Positions 63,895 through 64,000 of a stretch of DNA of 64,000 nucleotides are shown here, piece after piece. The DNA lies in contig CM120649.1 in the NCBI GenBank assembly GCA_051362555.1, forward strand, positions 8,184,001-8,248,000, in the 5' to 3' direction. This DNA is from Lingula anatina (lineage: Eukaryota; Animalia; Brachiopoda). Position 1 is the first letter of the stretch, and every line of letters begins with the position of its first letter. The notes beneath the pieces were generated by a model. It saw only the letters and a list, made by a program, of their open reading frames with translations, did not search any database and was not told the DNA's origin. Made by a program: the position numbers and the translations under genes.

Positions 63895-64000
63895 TTGAAG
63901 AACGCTATCCACTGTTGATGGAATGCACTATCCTCTGGATAGCTCTATCTGGAGGATGGCGGTCATTTTTATCCATAGGATAGCACTATCCAGCCTTGAT
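63895..64000. mobile_element. MITE remnant with repeated CTATCC..GGATAG motifs, cut by the window edge
   Basis: Several (C)TATCC / GGATAG inverted units in ~100 bp. Confidence 0.4.

Overview
AT-rich animal genomic DNA with spliceosomal introns and many microsatellites. The gene content and repeat types suggest a lophotrochozoan, probably a mollusc (inference). Most ORF-track entries are spurious. Read left to right: (1) 1-17 kb is a CpG-rich, MITE-dotted region that looks like the 5' end, with possible alternative first exons, of an unidentified minus-strand gene. (2) An intronless-CDS Toll-like receptor (-). (3) An intronless-CDS LRR-FN3-TM receptor with almost no cytoplasmic tail (-), head-to-head with (4) a complete 19-exon INTS6 gene (+, ~898 aa). 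(5) Two tandem ependymin-related (EPDR) genes (+), whose duplication also copied part of the INTS6 3' region. The paralogs carry different transposon insertions (Academ, Kolobok, Harbinger-type MITE, Helentron-like, Penelope-like with a hammerhead remnant), several confirmed by an empty site in the other copy. The last exon of copy 2 is not in the window. The most unusual signals are clusters of TGACCT/AGGTCA repeats inside the coding sequence of both LRR receptors, and a foldback Penelope-type hammerhead insertion. I see no clearly new multi-gene system. All calls are by eye, with no database searches.
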